From positions 62,001 to 126,000 of the forward strand of contig NIVC01000347.1 of the NCBI GenBank assembly GCA_002269645.1: a stretch of 64,000 nt of DNA. The letters are read 5' to 3'. Source of the stretch: Macrostomum lignano. Taxonomy: Eukaryota. Positions 11,901 through 24,825 of the stretch are shown here, piece by piece (position 1 is the stretch's first letter; every line of letters begins with the position of its first letter). The notes beneath the pieces were generated by a model. That model worked only from the letters and a program-made list of their open reading frames with translations, was not told the origin of the DNA and did no database searches. The translations under genes and the position numbers were made by a program.

Positions 11901-14900
11901 TCTATTAAAGCATAGAACAAAGTCATAGGCCTAGGCCTACTCATACTTATAGGCCTGGGAGTAGGAAACAAGCCTAGATATATATATGATATAGATATAT
12001 ATATAGCATATCATACATTTTATAGTCAGTCTGTCAATTATGTCAAATTTTTCTAATTGATGACGCGATCTGCTCTTCATTTAAAGCCATAGCTATACTT
12101 AATCAAAAAAAGTTATTATGGCTAAAAAAGTAAAAAATAGTGATACTACACTATGAAACAATTTAAGGAATTAAAAATTACGTATTCGGCTAAGTCAAAA
12201 GAAAGAACTGAGATGATCCATGGATATTGCAAGAGCGAGAATTCAAACTATAAGGGTCCACTATGTTCAGAACTGCGGAAAAAATATTTAAACAAATTCA
12301 TTTACTGTTGGCTGCCAGAAGAACAAGTAAAATAAATACAAATCATTAAAAAAACGTAATTACTATTATTTTAAATATTTTGTGGAAAAAAACAATTCAG
12401 ACACTTTTCAAAACTGGTCTGTACAGATCTGCAAGAACTGATCTGACAAGATCCAGCAGAGAAATGTCAAAATATACGAAAGTCTTTTTTCTGATATACA
12501 GTTAGAAATTTTGTTTTCTCTTTACCTCATAAGTATTTTCTAAAAAATCACGAATGTTTTTTACGTATTAAACAATAAAAAATGGCTTGCAAAGATTTGT
12601 AAGATCTTGTAAGACAAAAGCAGATACAGATCTGCTAAGAGATTTAAGTAAGAACAGATCTGTTAAGAATGTGTTAACCAAAGTTCACAGATCTGTTAAG
12701 AAATTTAAGTAAGAACAGATCTGCCAAGAATGAGTAAACAGAACTTCATCTAGGGATTCACCACGTTCAACACGGAAAAGAACTTTGACTTTCTGCGAAT
12801 ATTTTCCGGTGCCTTGCCAAACGTTCAAAGCAATGAAATGTATGCCAACCTGTCCGGCAACATAGCGAAACTGACGGATTATAATTTCTTCGGCAGTCTG
12901 ACTTTTGTATTTAGCTCGGACAGATCCAACGATGGGAAAGGCTTCAGATTTATTTATCAAATTTTGCGGACAGGTATGATAAACATGCAATCATATGTTT
13001 GTGATCGAATGTGTGGTTTTCTTTCTTTGAAGTTGAATTTTTAAAAGGAGTTGGACCTTTTTGGCTTGATTGAAATTTGGGAGTGTGATTTATAATAGCG
13101 AACTTAAAAGCGTATAATAGCAGTGAGCATTGCAACTTTACCCGTTGAATACCAATGAAATATTTAGAGCATATAATAGAGAATCAGGAGTTACGGACAA
13201 CTGAAGTAGAAGTACGCTACAATCGATTTTCTTAGGCCGGTAAAGGGACGTTTGTTTGTCGTATCTGTAGAGAACTCGAGTGCTGTCAAACTTGATCAGC
13301 AAAGCAGCAATGTTCGCTCATATTTCAGACTATAATCTTCAACCTGTTTTTCACAATTGGACCGGCAGTTTCTCCAAGGAACTCGACAGAACAGCCGATT
13401 TTAGTCTGATTGCCAAACCGGCGGACAGTGCTTTGAAAGCTCGCTGCAGCGTGCGGAAAGAGTGTGCAAACCACTCTGAGACGTTTGTGACGGTAATGCT
13501 ATACAATTATCTTGGTATACATGTACTAACCCTTCGCCTTCCACTGATCATCGATCATCTCCACCACACTAAGACAAACGCATTAGCGATTGGATTGTGA
13601 ATTAGCGAGAGGTATACAAATATTTAGACATAGCGATTTCGTCTTAGAATATGATTGTTATTATATTTGTTATACTACAGAACCTCAGACTTATCCCGTA
13701 CGCTTAAGACTTGCTTTCATTTACGCTAGTACATATAATCATGTTAGGGTGCTGTAGCCTAGTAAGCTAGAGCGTCAGACTCGCAACTGAAAGGTCGGGG
13801 GTTCGACTCTCGACCCACTCGGAACAATTTTTGTCCTTAAGCAAGATCCACACTTAACTTCAGTTCACCCAGCTGTAAAATGGGTACCAGCATTAGCTGG
13901 GTTAATTAAGGGTGTGTGTGGCGACCCACACAATGAGCATTATTGCCAATTTAATGTAATTTTTCATCTATTTTATTCTAGCGTGCGCCGTTCCCATGCT
14001 CGCCTGAGTCACCTGAAGTAACGTAGCATTGAATGTAGTTGAATCCCCACCCCACATAAAAAAGACCTAAAGACTCTTGAAAGTGGAAGCAGACTTTCAT
14101 GGCAATTTGCACTTTCCCTTTACAATTTACTGTCATGAAACACTTGTGGTTGCAGCTTTTTATAAGAGTGCAGCTGTTCACAACTGCAACACTCCACCCA
14201 CCTCTGATAAAACTGCAATGCATTAACCTAACCTATTCAATAATCTAAATCCAATTCTTAATGGTCATTGCAATAGTCTCTAAAATTATATTAGGTTAAA
14301 TATCATCCTTATACTCGTACTTAAATAGCCTAACTATGATGAAGTTTCTTTGCAAATCAGAGTGATTGCTGAAAAACTGACAATTTTTCAGCTTTTACGA
14401 GCTGTGTGATCTTAAAATCAACAGTACCTCTACTCCCAACTTTCGAATCACAAGTGAAACAATAATCTCTTCTAGCAGTGGTTTACTAAGAAGTTTAAAA
14501 TGAATTTTAAAGCGAAGTAAACTGCAAGGTTAAAACGCATGCAAACTTAACTTTCAACTACTTCTAATGATTTAGAATGTTTATGCTAAACGGGTTACAG
14601 GCCACTTTTTCTTGAAGGAAAAATCGTACTATGAAAATTCCAATCTTTGTAAAAACCGTTTAAAGACTGCAAATGAATTCTACGTGCTGTTCTTGCAAAA
14701 ATAATATTGTCTTTTTTTACTAATAAAAACACTTTTATTGACATTTAAAAGCCATCAGAGTATCGATATCTTGCTAACGAGATGAGGCTCAAGTTTCAAC
14801 TTCGACCAAGAAAAAGTGACCCAGATTCGTTGTACTGTGTCGGCGCGGTTCTGTGCCACGTCTCGTGGAAATCCGAGGCCTATCGAAATATCGAATACTC

Positions 14901-15783
14901 ACTGGACTTGCCGAAGCGTAAGATAGAATCAATTTGATTCTTTTTAACCAGTTGTAAACAATATTGAAATATTTGTCGCATGATTTCAGCGGATCCAACT
15001 TCATTGAGCATCCATCTCGTCAGACCAGATCTCTGGACACAGACAGGCTTAATCGAGTTTTTCGCTGTGTCCGAGTCTGTTTGTCCGAAAGTGAGACACC
15101 GCTGCGAGCTGAGAACAGAAGACGGAAGGATAGTGGAAGCCAGGATCCTTCAAGTGGTTTGTGACCCAAATTCTTTTATGAAGTGCTTATGTAGTAGAGA
15201 TTTTCAAAACAATATTGAGCAAATAAAATCGATTTCGCCATATAACTTTCAGACCGCGTCTCCCACTAAGCCGGCAAGTTGTCATATCAGTTCATTAAAA
15301 ACCCTGTTTGCGACGCCGATTCCTGGCAATGGCAGTTTTGATGCAACAACAATAGCTTGTCGATTGAATGACGGCAATTTTATCAAGTATCGAGTGACAT
15401 CGAAAACTTTCACTGGTGAGCAGATTAAAAAAGTAATAATTTCTTTTATACTCGCTCGTAAAACTGCTTTCCAAACTTATACATGAAGCAAGAAAATCAT
15501 TTTTACAGCTCACCAAGAGTCACAGAAATCAATGAATGCATGGGAACGGCCGTTACATATAATAGCCTGGGTGGCTGCTGCAGTGGCTGTTACACTGCTT
15601 GTCGCTGTTATGATTCGAAACGCCAGGAACCGAAAAAAGCGTCACGGTCTTACCGCCGTCAACAGAGCCGCCCTGAAGATGAGCAAACAGGAGGTCGGGC
15701 ACGGGCATAGTAGTAGTGCTTCTTTCAGAAACAACTCTTACTTAACAAATCATCCTGCTAATGAAGTAAGTTATGCTCGCTAA
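8926..15783 (+). CDS. Type I membrane protein: signal peptide, 2 CUB domains, Cys-containing region, TM, short tail (about 648 aa without the insertion); exon 3 is interrupted by a DNA transposon
   Basis: Phase-consistent exons 8926-9010, 9110-9481, 9780-9929 + 12758-12973, 13168-13211 + 13271-13492 (alternative single exon 13329-13492), 14761-14917, 14990-15415, 15509-15783. CUB motifs: NYSADSDVCWLI...FTKFDLENNYDWIKI...FKSDTSVQKTGF and NYSHNVQQAWSI...FNTEKNFDFLRI...FSSDRSNDGKGF. TM: IIAWVAAAVAVTLLVAVMI followed by RNARNRKKR. Confidence 0.8.
9930..12755. mobile_element. Non-autonomous DNA transposon (2826 bp), probably CMC/EnSpm-like: CCC...GGG ends, 2-bp TSD
   Basis: 11-bp perfect TIR ccctagatgaa / ttcatctaggg; AT duplicated at 9928-9929 and 12756-12757; dense AGATCT subterminal motifs at about 9960-10150 and 12420-12725; AT-rich interior with no recognisable transposase. 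Confidence 0.88.
11555..11814. mobile_element. 260-bp MITE (Harbinger/Tourist- or Zator-like) nested in the larger element
   Basis: 15-bp perfect TIR gggccttttcatatt / aatatgaaaaggccc; TAT on both sides (11552-11554, 11815-11817); subterminal ttctggtt / aaccagaa motifs. Confidence 0.88.
13747..13960 (+). mobile_element. tRNA-derived SINE with a CORE/Meta-like central domain (intronic)
   Basis: A-box-like tagcctagtaagctagagc, B box ggttcgactc (13800-13809), then gtccttaagcaag...cagttcacccagctgtaaaatggg; homologous copy at 49928. Confidence 0.88.
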
Positions 15784-18700
15784 TTTAGATATTGTTATAT
15801 GAGACTTAAGTAATTAAGACAGATTACGTATCTTTAGGTATATGTACTACTTTACAGTTGATATTTTTATTTCTGGCTTCTGTCTAAGTTAGACGCTTAA
15901 GAGAAACGTTTAGAGAAACACACTAAATGATCCATATCGAATGTGTTGATAGAACCATGCAGGCTTAACCAAAGTATCCGCTAAGGATCGAGAAACTGTA
16001 GCTATTGAGATTAGTTTTAACCAATGAAAAAGCTAAACCACACTTCCTCCAGGAAAACAAGTCATCAATAGGCACCATTCGGTCTATATTATCGAATTAA
16101 AATCAAGATGACGCAATCAACATTTCAGAATCAAGTGAATGAAGTTTACGTCACGTTACCTAACTAAAGGTACAATTTAGATCTAAATTCATCAACAATC
16201 GAAGTGACAATTGTGACGGTCGCAAACGAAATATGCTACATTAAGTTTATTTTTAAACAATTACTTTTTGTTGGTTTTTTATTTTACGAGTACTGTTGTT
16301 AAATCATAAGAAAATTTGTGTGTACATATACTGGCAAACTATTTGTTTGGCACGATTAATTTACTATTGAACTTGCAGCTTTTTGCTGTCAGTTTGAGCT
16401 TAGAAGAAGTTTGAATGGTGAGCAGACAATCTTTGGGATATTGACTTATAGTCCATTTTCTCCTTTTGTATCTTTGTCTCTTAATTCTTATTATCGTAAA
16501 GCACTGCAAGCAATCGACACAACTGTCTTGGCGTGAATCTTCGTCCATTTCGCGATATCGACCAGTCGCTCACCTCCGTCCGATGCTTCAATGACGACGA
16601 GACTGCATCTCATCACTGATCTTCGTCCATGTTCTTGGTTGCGGCCCGACACCCTGCTCGTCTGCCGGGGTATGCAGTTTCATATAGCTAAACGTTGCTG
16701 TCTTTATCTTCCCAGCTCATATTGTTGCTGATTTGTAAGCCTTTTTGGCAGACATGAGAGAACTATGTCAATGCTCCGAAGATTATCTTTGCTCACCAAT
16801 CAAACATTTGGGTCATTGACTGGGGGCAGCAGTTTTCTTGAGTGTAGCTCTCTGCCCATGGATGAAGGAATACCTGCCACTCTAAAATTAAGTCTACTGC
16901 TCCTAAACTCTCAAACTGACTGCAGAAAGCTATATTTATAAGTAGATGTATAATATAAAATTATATACATACTACTATACATGTTCGCGTGTACATTTAT
17001 GTATTTCAAGCAGTATTATAAACATTTTTGGTTGCTTTTGGTTGTAAAATGCTATTTGAATTGCTTATTCAACACCCTATTATTGTCGTGTTGATCGTTC
17101 AACCTGTACTATATATTTTCGCCTTTTCTGCAATAGAAATTTTTACTTGAACACTTAATGAACGACAGTATTATTAATGATGGAACTATATATTTATCTA
17201 AGCTAGAGCTAGTGATTTGAAAACACTGCATGGTTTCCATGATATTGTTGAAAACAAGAACAAAACTACATGTATAAAGTCAGGTCGATACACTCTAATA
17301 CATACATGTATTTAAAAATCCTGGCCTAGAAGGTTCTTACATTCTGTAATAGTACATGTACTTCATCTTCGATATCAATTAGGGACCACCAGCGCCAGGG
17401 GCGTCGCCATTAATTTTATGGTGAGGGGGACAAAGCCAAAAATTGTACGTGTGTATGTACTGACTAAATTCCTACATCATGTACACTATTTTGAGAATCG
17501 GTTTTGTCAAAAAATCACGATTCTTTCGCCGCAGGCACCATTTTAGCGCTGCAGGCACTCTCATTTTAGCGCCGCAGGCACTCATTTTAGCGCCGCAGGT
17601 ATACTCATTTTAGCGCTGCAGGTACTCATTTTAGCACCGCAAGCACCATTTCACTTTCTTTTCTTAATTTGATAGTAGAGAATCAAGTAGTCAAGTAGGT
17701 AGTCATGTGGATAAATTTAAACCAATCATTATCCCCGAATTGGACCCAAAATCTTTCTCTATGCAGTTTTTCTTGCGCGCACACTGATACACCAAACGTA
17801 CAGTACATGTTAAGTCGCATTTCGCAGACGAAGTGGCCAATATAGCAATGTGATAATGGTTTAATTTGATTCTGTATATGAGCTACAGTTGTACAAATTC
17901 TTGCAGAATTTGGGGGTTTCGACAAAAAAGCCTCTTATGGCAGCGTTTCCATGGAAACCTATATGTCGGACTAAAATTACTACAGTGTGTGTACGTTATG
18001 TACAATATTTTTGGGAATCGCAGGGCATGCTATAATTGTAGTACGATCATTTTGGCGCCGCAGGGTACGCATTTAGCGCCGAACGCCAAGGGCCCAATTA
18101 TTAGGGCCCCCTATAGCTAGAAAGCAAAATTATTGATTTCCATGACGGGTCACAATTAAGGTGGGGCGAGGGGACAATAAAGCATTGGCATGTCCAGCCA
18201 TATTGCTTTTACTATATAGTGATATATCCCCCGACCCGCCTCCCAGCTTAATTGTCCCTGATCTCCTGTGGCTATACGCCGCTGATGTGTTACGACAAAA
18301 AATCCGATACATCATCGAGGCCTTTGTAGATTTCAGTGCAAATACACGATTCAAGCAAATCTTAAAAAATGTGTCGATTCGGAGCGCCCGTGATATGTCA
18401 GTTATATTATACGTTATGCAGGGGCATACATGCTTGTACATATGTAAGCTAATTAAAAATGTATTAACATTAAAATTAACTGAGAAGAAGACAAGCGGAT
18501 TAATTTTAGCAGAGCAGGCGTCTCTTTTCGACTTATTAGAGTTAAGCAGGAAAAATGCTAAGCATTTTTTAAAGGTAAAGAACTTATTTTCTCAAAAAGG
18601 TTTTAAAAATTTCAAAAATTCCCTGCACACTTATATTAAAGCAGGGTTTGGCAAACCGTTGTGTTTCTGAACCATAGTTCTCGACACTTTTTTATCAAAA

Positions 18701-21058
18701 AATTTACATCACGGATACGGATAGACTCACAAATTTGTAAAATTATGGACAAATAAGCGTATTCAAAAAGCATTTTTGTTAAAAAGAACACTCGTTTATT
18801 TGAATCGTCTGTCTGTGTTTTAACTTCAATCTGTCGTGGAAATTTGTATCGTTAGTAGTCCTCTACATTTCATGATGCTGAGGGCCGGAAAAGCACTAGC
18901 TGGAAGCTTACATCTACAACAGACCAGAGCTTTTGCGAGAGGTTGGTGGCAATGTTTTATGATTATAGGCCCTGGCCTGGCCCGGCTTCAGCAATAAAAT
19001 AGGCCTATGCCTAATATTAGGCCTACTTTAACTTTAAGTTTAAGCATTCTATTATATTAATCAAAGTAGGCCTACTAATTAATTGCCAATAAAATAAATG
19101 AATATGAAAGAAAACATTTTCATAAAGTTAGGCTTATTTTTAAATAGCAATTTTCATTTTTTAATTTTAATTTAGGCCTTCAACTCAAGTGTAGGCCTCA
19201 AGTGTGTGTGGATGATATTGATACTGATGCCTGATAGAGATAGGCCTAGTATGGCTTCCAGAAAATCCAGTGACAAGATGATTCTGCAACAGACAATCTG
19301 GCAACAGTCAAATCAGTGAGGGTGACAGACAATCTGGTGACAGAGATTTTATATTGCAAAATTTACACAGATTTTAAACACAAATTTAGATACAAACAAA
19401 ACTTTATATGAACTATAGTTTTTAATTTTAGGCCCACATGTAGAGAATTCACTTTAGGATAAGCAGTATATTTTTTAAAAAGATTATATATTATATCTAT
19501 ATTTTTGATAGTTAAGGATGATATCACATCAAAAATGTTTTAATGTAATAATGTATCTCCAGATAATAAAACTAGTGTGCAGCCTTTAGCAAAAATATAA
19601 AAGAACATATTGATTTAATTCAGTTTCCCATTTTTAAAGCAGTACATACATGCATCATATTATCATTATAAGAATATAAGCTGTTGATTGCCAGAATTGG
19701 GACCCTTAGCATATACATATAGGCCAACTAGTCTAGTCATTTACTAATTTTACTATTTGACATCAACAGTTGACAATTTATCCATTGGAACTCATTAATA
19801 TTCCTATTGAATCTTTGAAATCTTTGAAAAGGCCTATTTCTATTCTATTTCCAATTTTTAATAGTTAAGCTAGATATTGCAAAGTTCAATGCTAGCCTTG
19901 CTAGGCCTTACCCTTATTTCTGCAAGAGATATACTTGTAGTTAGTGCTAGTGGTCTTCTAGCAATAGTATTGTTAGAATGCATAATGCACATTGCATAGT
20001 AAAATAATTTAATGCAAAAAACCAATAGATTGCCACAATTTTTATTTAGGTAAATATTTTGCTTGTATGCTATTCAGCATTGTAGCAATTTTTATAATAT
20101 TTTTCTATTTTTGTTATAATGTCCCAGGTTATATCATAATCAAGTATGATTTTTTAAAGCTATCATTGGCATATAAAAAAGCATATCTATTAGGCTAGCC
20201 TATATACCACACTAGTTTAGAGCTCATTGTCAGTTTTTTGTTTGTAGAAAGTACTTTATTCTATTTTACATTTATTTTAAAACCCTTTAAGATCAGAATA
20301 ACAGATCATTTTGTAAATTTAAATTATACCAACAAAGATTAGAATCCTTGAGAGCTTTCAAGAGGATTCAAGAGGATCCTTGAAAGGATTAATCTTTAAA
20401 ATCTTAGAGCCTAATTCATTGGAATCCCAAGATTGGGAAAATCTAACATATCCCAATCTTGAAAATCCAAGGATTTTGTCTGTGATATCCCAAATCAAAA
20501 AATTCCTGGATTAGCAAAACTTGAAATTTTGTATTCCCTAGAAGGTCATATATTTAAGTTTTTAATATTATGTTTATTTAAACAAACAATATCAAACACT
20601 ATTGAATTTTCAAGATTTTTCAATTTGATTTTTTGGCAATATAATACAAGATTAGATTTAGTTTTAAAATTTTTTTTCAAACTATTGGCTAAATCTCTTG
20701 ATATGGGTAACACTAAAATGAGTTAAATTTTTAGACTAATCTGAAAGCAGTTTAAATTCCATGTGTTTATAATATTTAGATATGCTATATTAAGAGTATT
20801 GGTATCCAATCTAGGGCTATTTGTTTTCACTTTATTTTATATATCAGATTTTCACACTTAAAAAAAGATTTGATCAAGAAAAAATCTAAATTCTTAAACA
20901 TTTTTTTTGTTTTTCTTTGTATAATTTAACTAAGGAATAATGACTATATGTGGAAAGTGTAGATATATGGAAGGTTATAAAAATTAGAAACATTGTCTTA
21001 TTTAAAACTCCTAATTTTTTTTACTAAAATATATTCAAAACTAACAACATTTACATTC

Positions 21059-24000
21059 ATGTCAATGCTGTCTTCAAATCCACTAGAGCAACTGACTCCA
21101 GAGTTAAATTGTCGAATTTTTAGCTACCTATCAGCTAAAGAATGCCGACCATGTTTTGAGGTTTCTCGCAATTGGCACCAATTTCTAACTCAAAAGGCTC
21201 CGTGGGGTAGTCTAACTTTGCCTATAAGTTCTCACAGGGTCTGCAGTTCAGAACATCTAACTAAACTGACTGTTCATTTTAGCCGCATCAGTTCAAGCAA
21301 TCAAGATCAAGTTGAATTTGCATTGTCTAGAGCGCCTAATTTAGAGTCTGTAGTTCTACTCATTAAAAATGCCAGTCGAAGTCAGATTCGCTCAATACAA
21401 CCCATTCTTATGAGACTGAGCAAAGAGAGATGGTGTCCGAGTTTGAGACAACTAATTATACGAGGCGGCCCGTGCAATCTGACTGATGATGGAGTTTTGA
21501 ATTTGACTCAAGGGTGAGGAGACTCTCGATTGAGAAATAAAATGGAGCTGGATAAATTGAGATACTTAAGTAGCGGTCGAGACAATGGGTTAAGAGCCAT
21601 AGAGCCGATTGGTTTAAAATAAAAATGACTAAATTTTAAAAGTAGAGGTAGCGGGTAAAGAGCGGAGGGTGGGACGGGTAAAGATTGGAGCATAGGGCGG
21701 GTAAAAAGCGGAGGGTGGGGCGGGTAAAGAGCGGAGGGTGGGGCGCGTAAAGATTGGAGCATAGGGCGGGTAAAAAGCGGAGGGTGGGGCGGGTAAAGAG
21801 CGGAGGGTGGGGCGCGTAAAGATTGGAGCATAGGGCGGGTAAAAAGCGGAGGGTGGGGCGGGTAAATATTGGAGCATGGGGCGGGTAAAAAGCGGAGGGT
21901 GGGGCGGGTAAATATTGGAGCATGGGGCGGGTAAAGAGCGGAGGGTGGGCGGGTAAATATTGGAGCATGGGGCGGGTAAAAAGCGGAGGGTGGGGCAGGT
22001 AAATATTGGAGCATGGGGCGGGTAAAAAGCGGAGGGTGGGGCAGGTAAAGAGCGGAGGGTGGGGCGGGTAAAGAGCGGAGCATGGGACAAGTAAAGAGCG
22101 GATGATTCGTTGGGTAAAGATCGGAGCATAAGGCGAGTAAAGAGCGGAGGGTGGGGCGGTTAAAGAGCAAAAGTTATATCAGGTAGAGATCGGAGCATAG
22201 GGCGGGTAAAGAGCAGATGGTGGAGTGGGTAAAGAGCGGAAGAGAAGTCGCATAGAGAAGGCATTAGTTGTGTTTTAGAGTCGTAATTTTTTTATATGAA
22301 TCTATTATGGTTGTTCACAGGTGTTCGAAACTCAGCCACTTCGAGTTTCATCCTACAAGCCTGGTAACCAATCATTCTCTAGTTGCCATGGCAACTAATT
22401 GGCCAGAATTGCGCTCACTAACTATGTTAAACTGTTTGGGATTAAATCTTGGTGACGGTTCAGCTGTGGGCATCTTCAAACTGCTAGAACAGTGCCGCGA
22501 GCTGCGTAGGCTGAGACTGGCTATTGGTCACGGAATTAAGCCGACATTCTTTACCAGACTGGGCAAGTGCGCTGCTCAGCTCACTCACCTGCGAATGGAG
22601 CTAATTGAGGTTGGAAGTTTTTTAGTCACGTTGGTGGCTTGTTTCATACTTTTATTGTTTATTCAAAAACCCAAACCAAAATCCTGGAGATCTCAAATCT
22701 CCACGGAAATCCAGATCCTAAATCCCCTAATCCAGACCCCAAATCCTCTAATTCAGATCCCAAATCCTCACTAAAATCCAGATCCCAAATCCCCACTCTA
22801 ATCCAGATCCCAAATTCCCGCTCTAATCCAGATCCCAATTCCTCACTAAAATCCAGATCCCAATTCCTCACTAAAATCCAGATCCCAATTCCTCACTAAA
22901 ATCCAGATCCAAAATTCCAATCTAATCCAGATCCCAAATCCTCTAATCCAGATCCCAAATCCTCTAATCCAGATCCAAAATCCCCACTCTAATCCAGATC
23001 TCAAATCCTCTAATCCAGATCCCAAATTCCCACTCTAATCTAGATCCCAAATTCCCACTCTAATCTAGATCCCAAATTCCCACTCTAATCTAGATCCCAA
23101 ATTCCCACTCTAATCTTGATCCCAAATTCCCACTACAGATCCCAAAATCCCACTCTAATCCAGATCCCAAATCCTCACTGAAACCCAGATCCTACATCCC
23201 CCACTTTACTTGAATCAAGATCTCAAATCCCCACTCTAATCCAAATCTTAAATGCTTTAAAACGCAAATAAAAAATATTCCCATATTTAAATGTACCCTT
23301 TATAGGGAGATCAAGGCTTCGACTCCTGGGGCGAGCTTGACGGATTGGACGGCTTGTCTGGCTGCTCAAACTTGAGTAGCCTGGCCTTGGTCGACTGCGG
23401 GTACCCCGGCCCTAACGCCTTCGCCTCCTTGGCTGCTCACCTGACTGGGCTGCGCCATCTGCTACTCAAGTACGGTCAGACAGAGCCGCCCTCTGCTTCT
23501 GCCTGCATTAACGACCAGCTGCTGCTGGCTGTGGCTGAGCACTGCCCACTGCTGGAGACTCTGCGGCTTGCCGAGTGAGTGCCCGCTAATGCTTTTCTCA
23601 GTTGCTGAGCCAGCCTCCCAGATCCTCAGTTGCTGGGCCAGCTTCCCAGATCCTCAGTCTGCCAGATCCTCAGTTGCTGGGCCAGCCTCCCAGATCCTCA
23701 GTTGCTGAGCCAGCCTCCCAGATCCCCAGTTGCTGGGCCAGCCTCCCAGATCCTCAGTTGCTGGGCCAGCCTCCCAGATCCTCAGTTGCTGGGCCAGCCT
23801 CCCAGATCCTCAGTTGCTGGGCCAGCTTCCAATCCCAGATCCTCAGTCTGCCAGATCCTCAGTTGCTGGGCCAGCCTCCCAGATCCTCAGTTGCTGGGCC
23901 AGCCTCCCAGATCCTCAGTTGCTGGGCCAGCCTCCCAGATCCTCAGTTGCTGGGCCAGCCTCCCAGATCCTCAGTTGCTGGGCCAGCCTCCCAGATCCTC

Positions 24001-24825
24001 AGTTGCTGGGCCAGCTTCCAATCCCAGATCCTCAGTCTGCCAGATCCTCAGTTGCTGGGCCAGCCTCCTAGATCCTCAGTTGCTGGGCCAGCCTCCCAGA
24101 TCCTCAGTTGCTGGGCCAGCCTCCCAGATCCTCAGTTGCTGGGCCAGCCTCCCAGATCCTCAGTTGCTGGGCCAGCCTCCTAGATCCTCAGTTGCTGGGC
24201 CAGCCTCCTAGATCCTCAGTTGCTGGGCCAGCTTCCAATCCCAGATCCTCAGTCTGCCAGATCCTCAGTTGCTGAGCCAGCCTCCCAGATCCCCAGTTGC
24301 TGACAGTCTCACGCACCCTCGCCGCCACTCATTCCCAGCTGCCAGAGCATCACAGACGTGGGCCTCAGCCAGCTGAAGTTGCTCAGCCAGCTCAATCGCC
24401 TCACTATTCGAGGCTGTCACGGTCTCCGAGACCCAGTCAGCATCAACAATGGGCAGAGCCATAGCCCGGATGCAGATTCTGGCATCACCACATCCGGCTT
24501 GGCCTCGGCTGTAATTTCTTGCGCTAAGCTGTCTCGCCTATGCGTGGAATTCTCAATGTCGCACCGGCTGCCGGATGGCGATCAGCTGATCAGCAGGCTG
24601 GAGTCCAAGTGTGGCTCCATCGTAAACCTGAGCCTAATTGGCCTGACCGATATTAGCCATGCCAGTTTGAAATTTGTCGGTTTAAAGTTTGCCAGCTTGA
24701 CCAGGCTGCGGCTCGGCTGTTGCAGTCGCATTGGCGAAACTGCCAGAGCCGACTTTCTGAGGGATGGCAGACCGGCTCTGCTCGAACGGGACATGGTTGA
24801 GCTGCTGGAGTCGACTCAGTGTTGA
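21059..24825 (+). CDS. F-box/leucine-rich-repeat protein (FBXL-like), 499 aa
   Basis: Exons 21059-21513, 22321-22609, 23306-23574 and 24339-24825 are phase-consistent and total 1500 nt. F-box LEQLTPELNCRIFSYLSAKECRPCFEVSRNW; Cys-containing LRRs (CPSLRQLIIRG, CSKLSHF, CRELRRLRL, CPLLETLRL, CQSITDVGL). Confidence 0.92.
21648..22250 (+). repeat. G-rich minisatellite (gcggagggtggggcgggtaaa / attggagcatagggcgggtaaa) filling F-box intron 1
   Basis: Read directly; source of the Pro-rich minus-strand ORFs. Confidence 0.93.
22690..23250 (+). repeat. About 21-bp minisatellite (taatccagatcccaaatcccc variants) in F-box intron 2
   Basis: Read directly. Confidence 0.9.
23595..24300 (+). repeat. 28-bp minisatellite gatcctcagttgctgggccagcctccca in F-box intron 3
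   Basis: Read directly; explains ORFs 23602-24211. Confidence 0.96.

Noticed and set aside
12153-12335. Short ORF inside the CMC-like element as a transposase remnant
   Set aside because: 60 aa with no recognisable transposase motif.
13747-13820. tRNA genes at 13747 and 49928
   Set aside because: Only A/B-box heads continuing into a SINE body; no complete acceptor stem.
16339-16900. GC-richer block with short minus-strand frames (e.g. MKLHTPADEQGVGPQPRTW...)
   Set aside because: No recognisable domain and no phase-consistent exon chain.
17390-20540. Possible DNA-transposon debris (caggggcgtcgcc start, gcgccgcagg repeats, imperfect inverted repeat near 18150-18256, AGGCCT-rich interior, GGATT/AATCC clusters at 20340-20520)
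   Set aside because: I could not pair TIRs or find TSDs, so no element boundaries can be supported.
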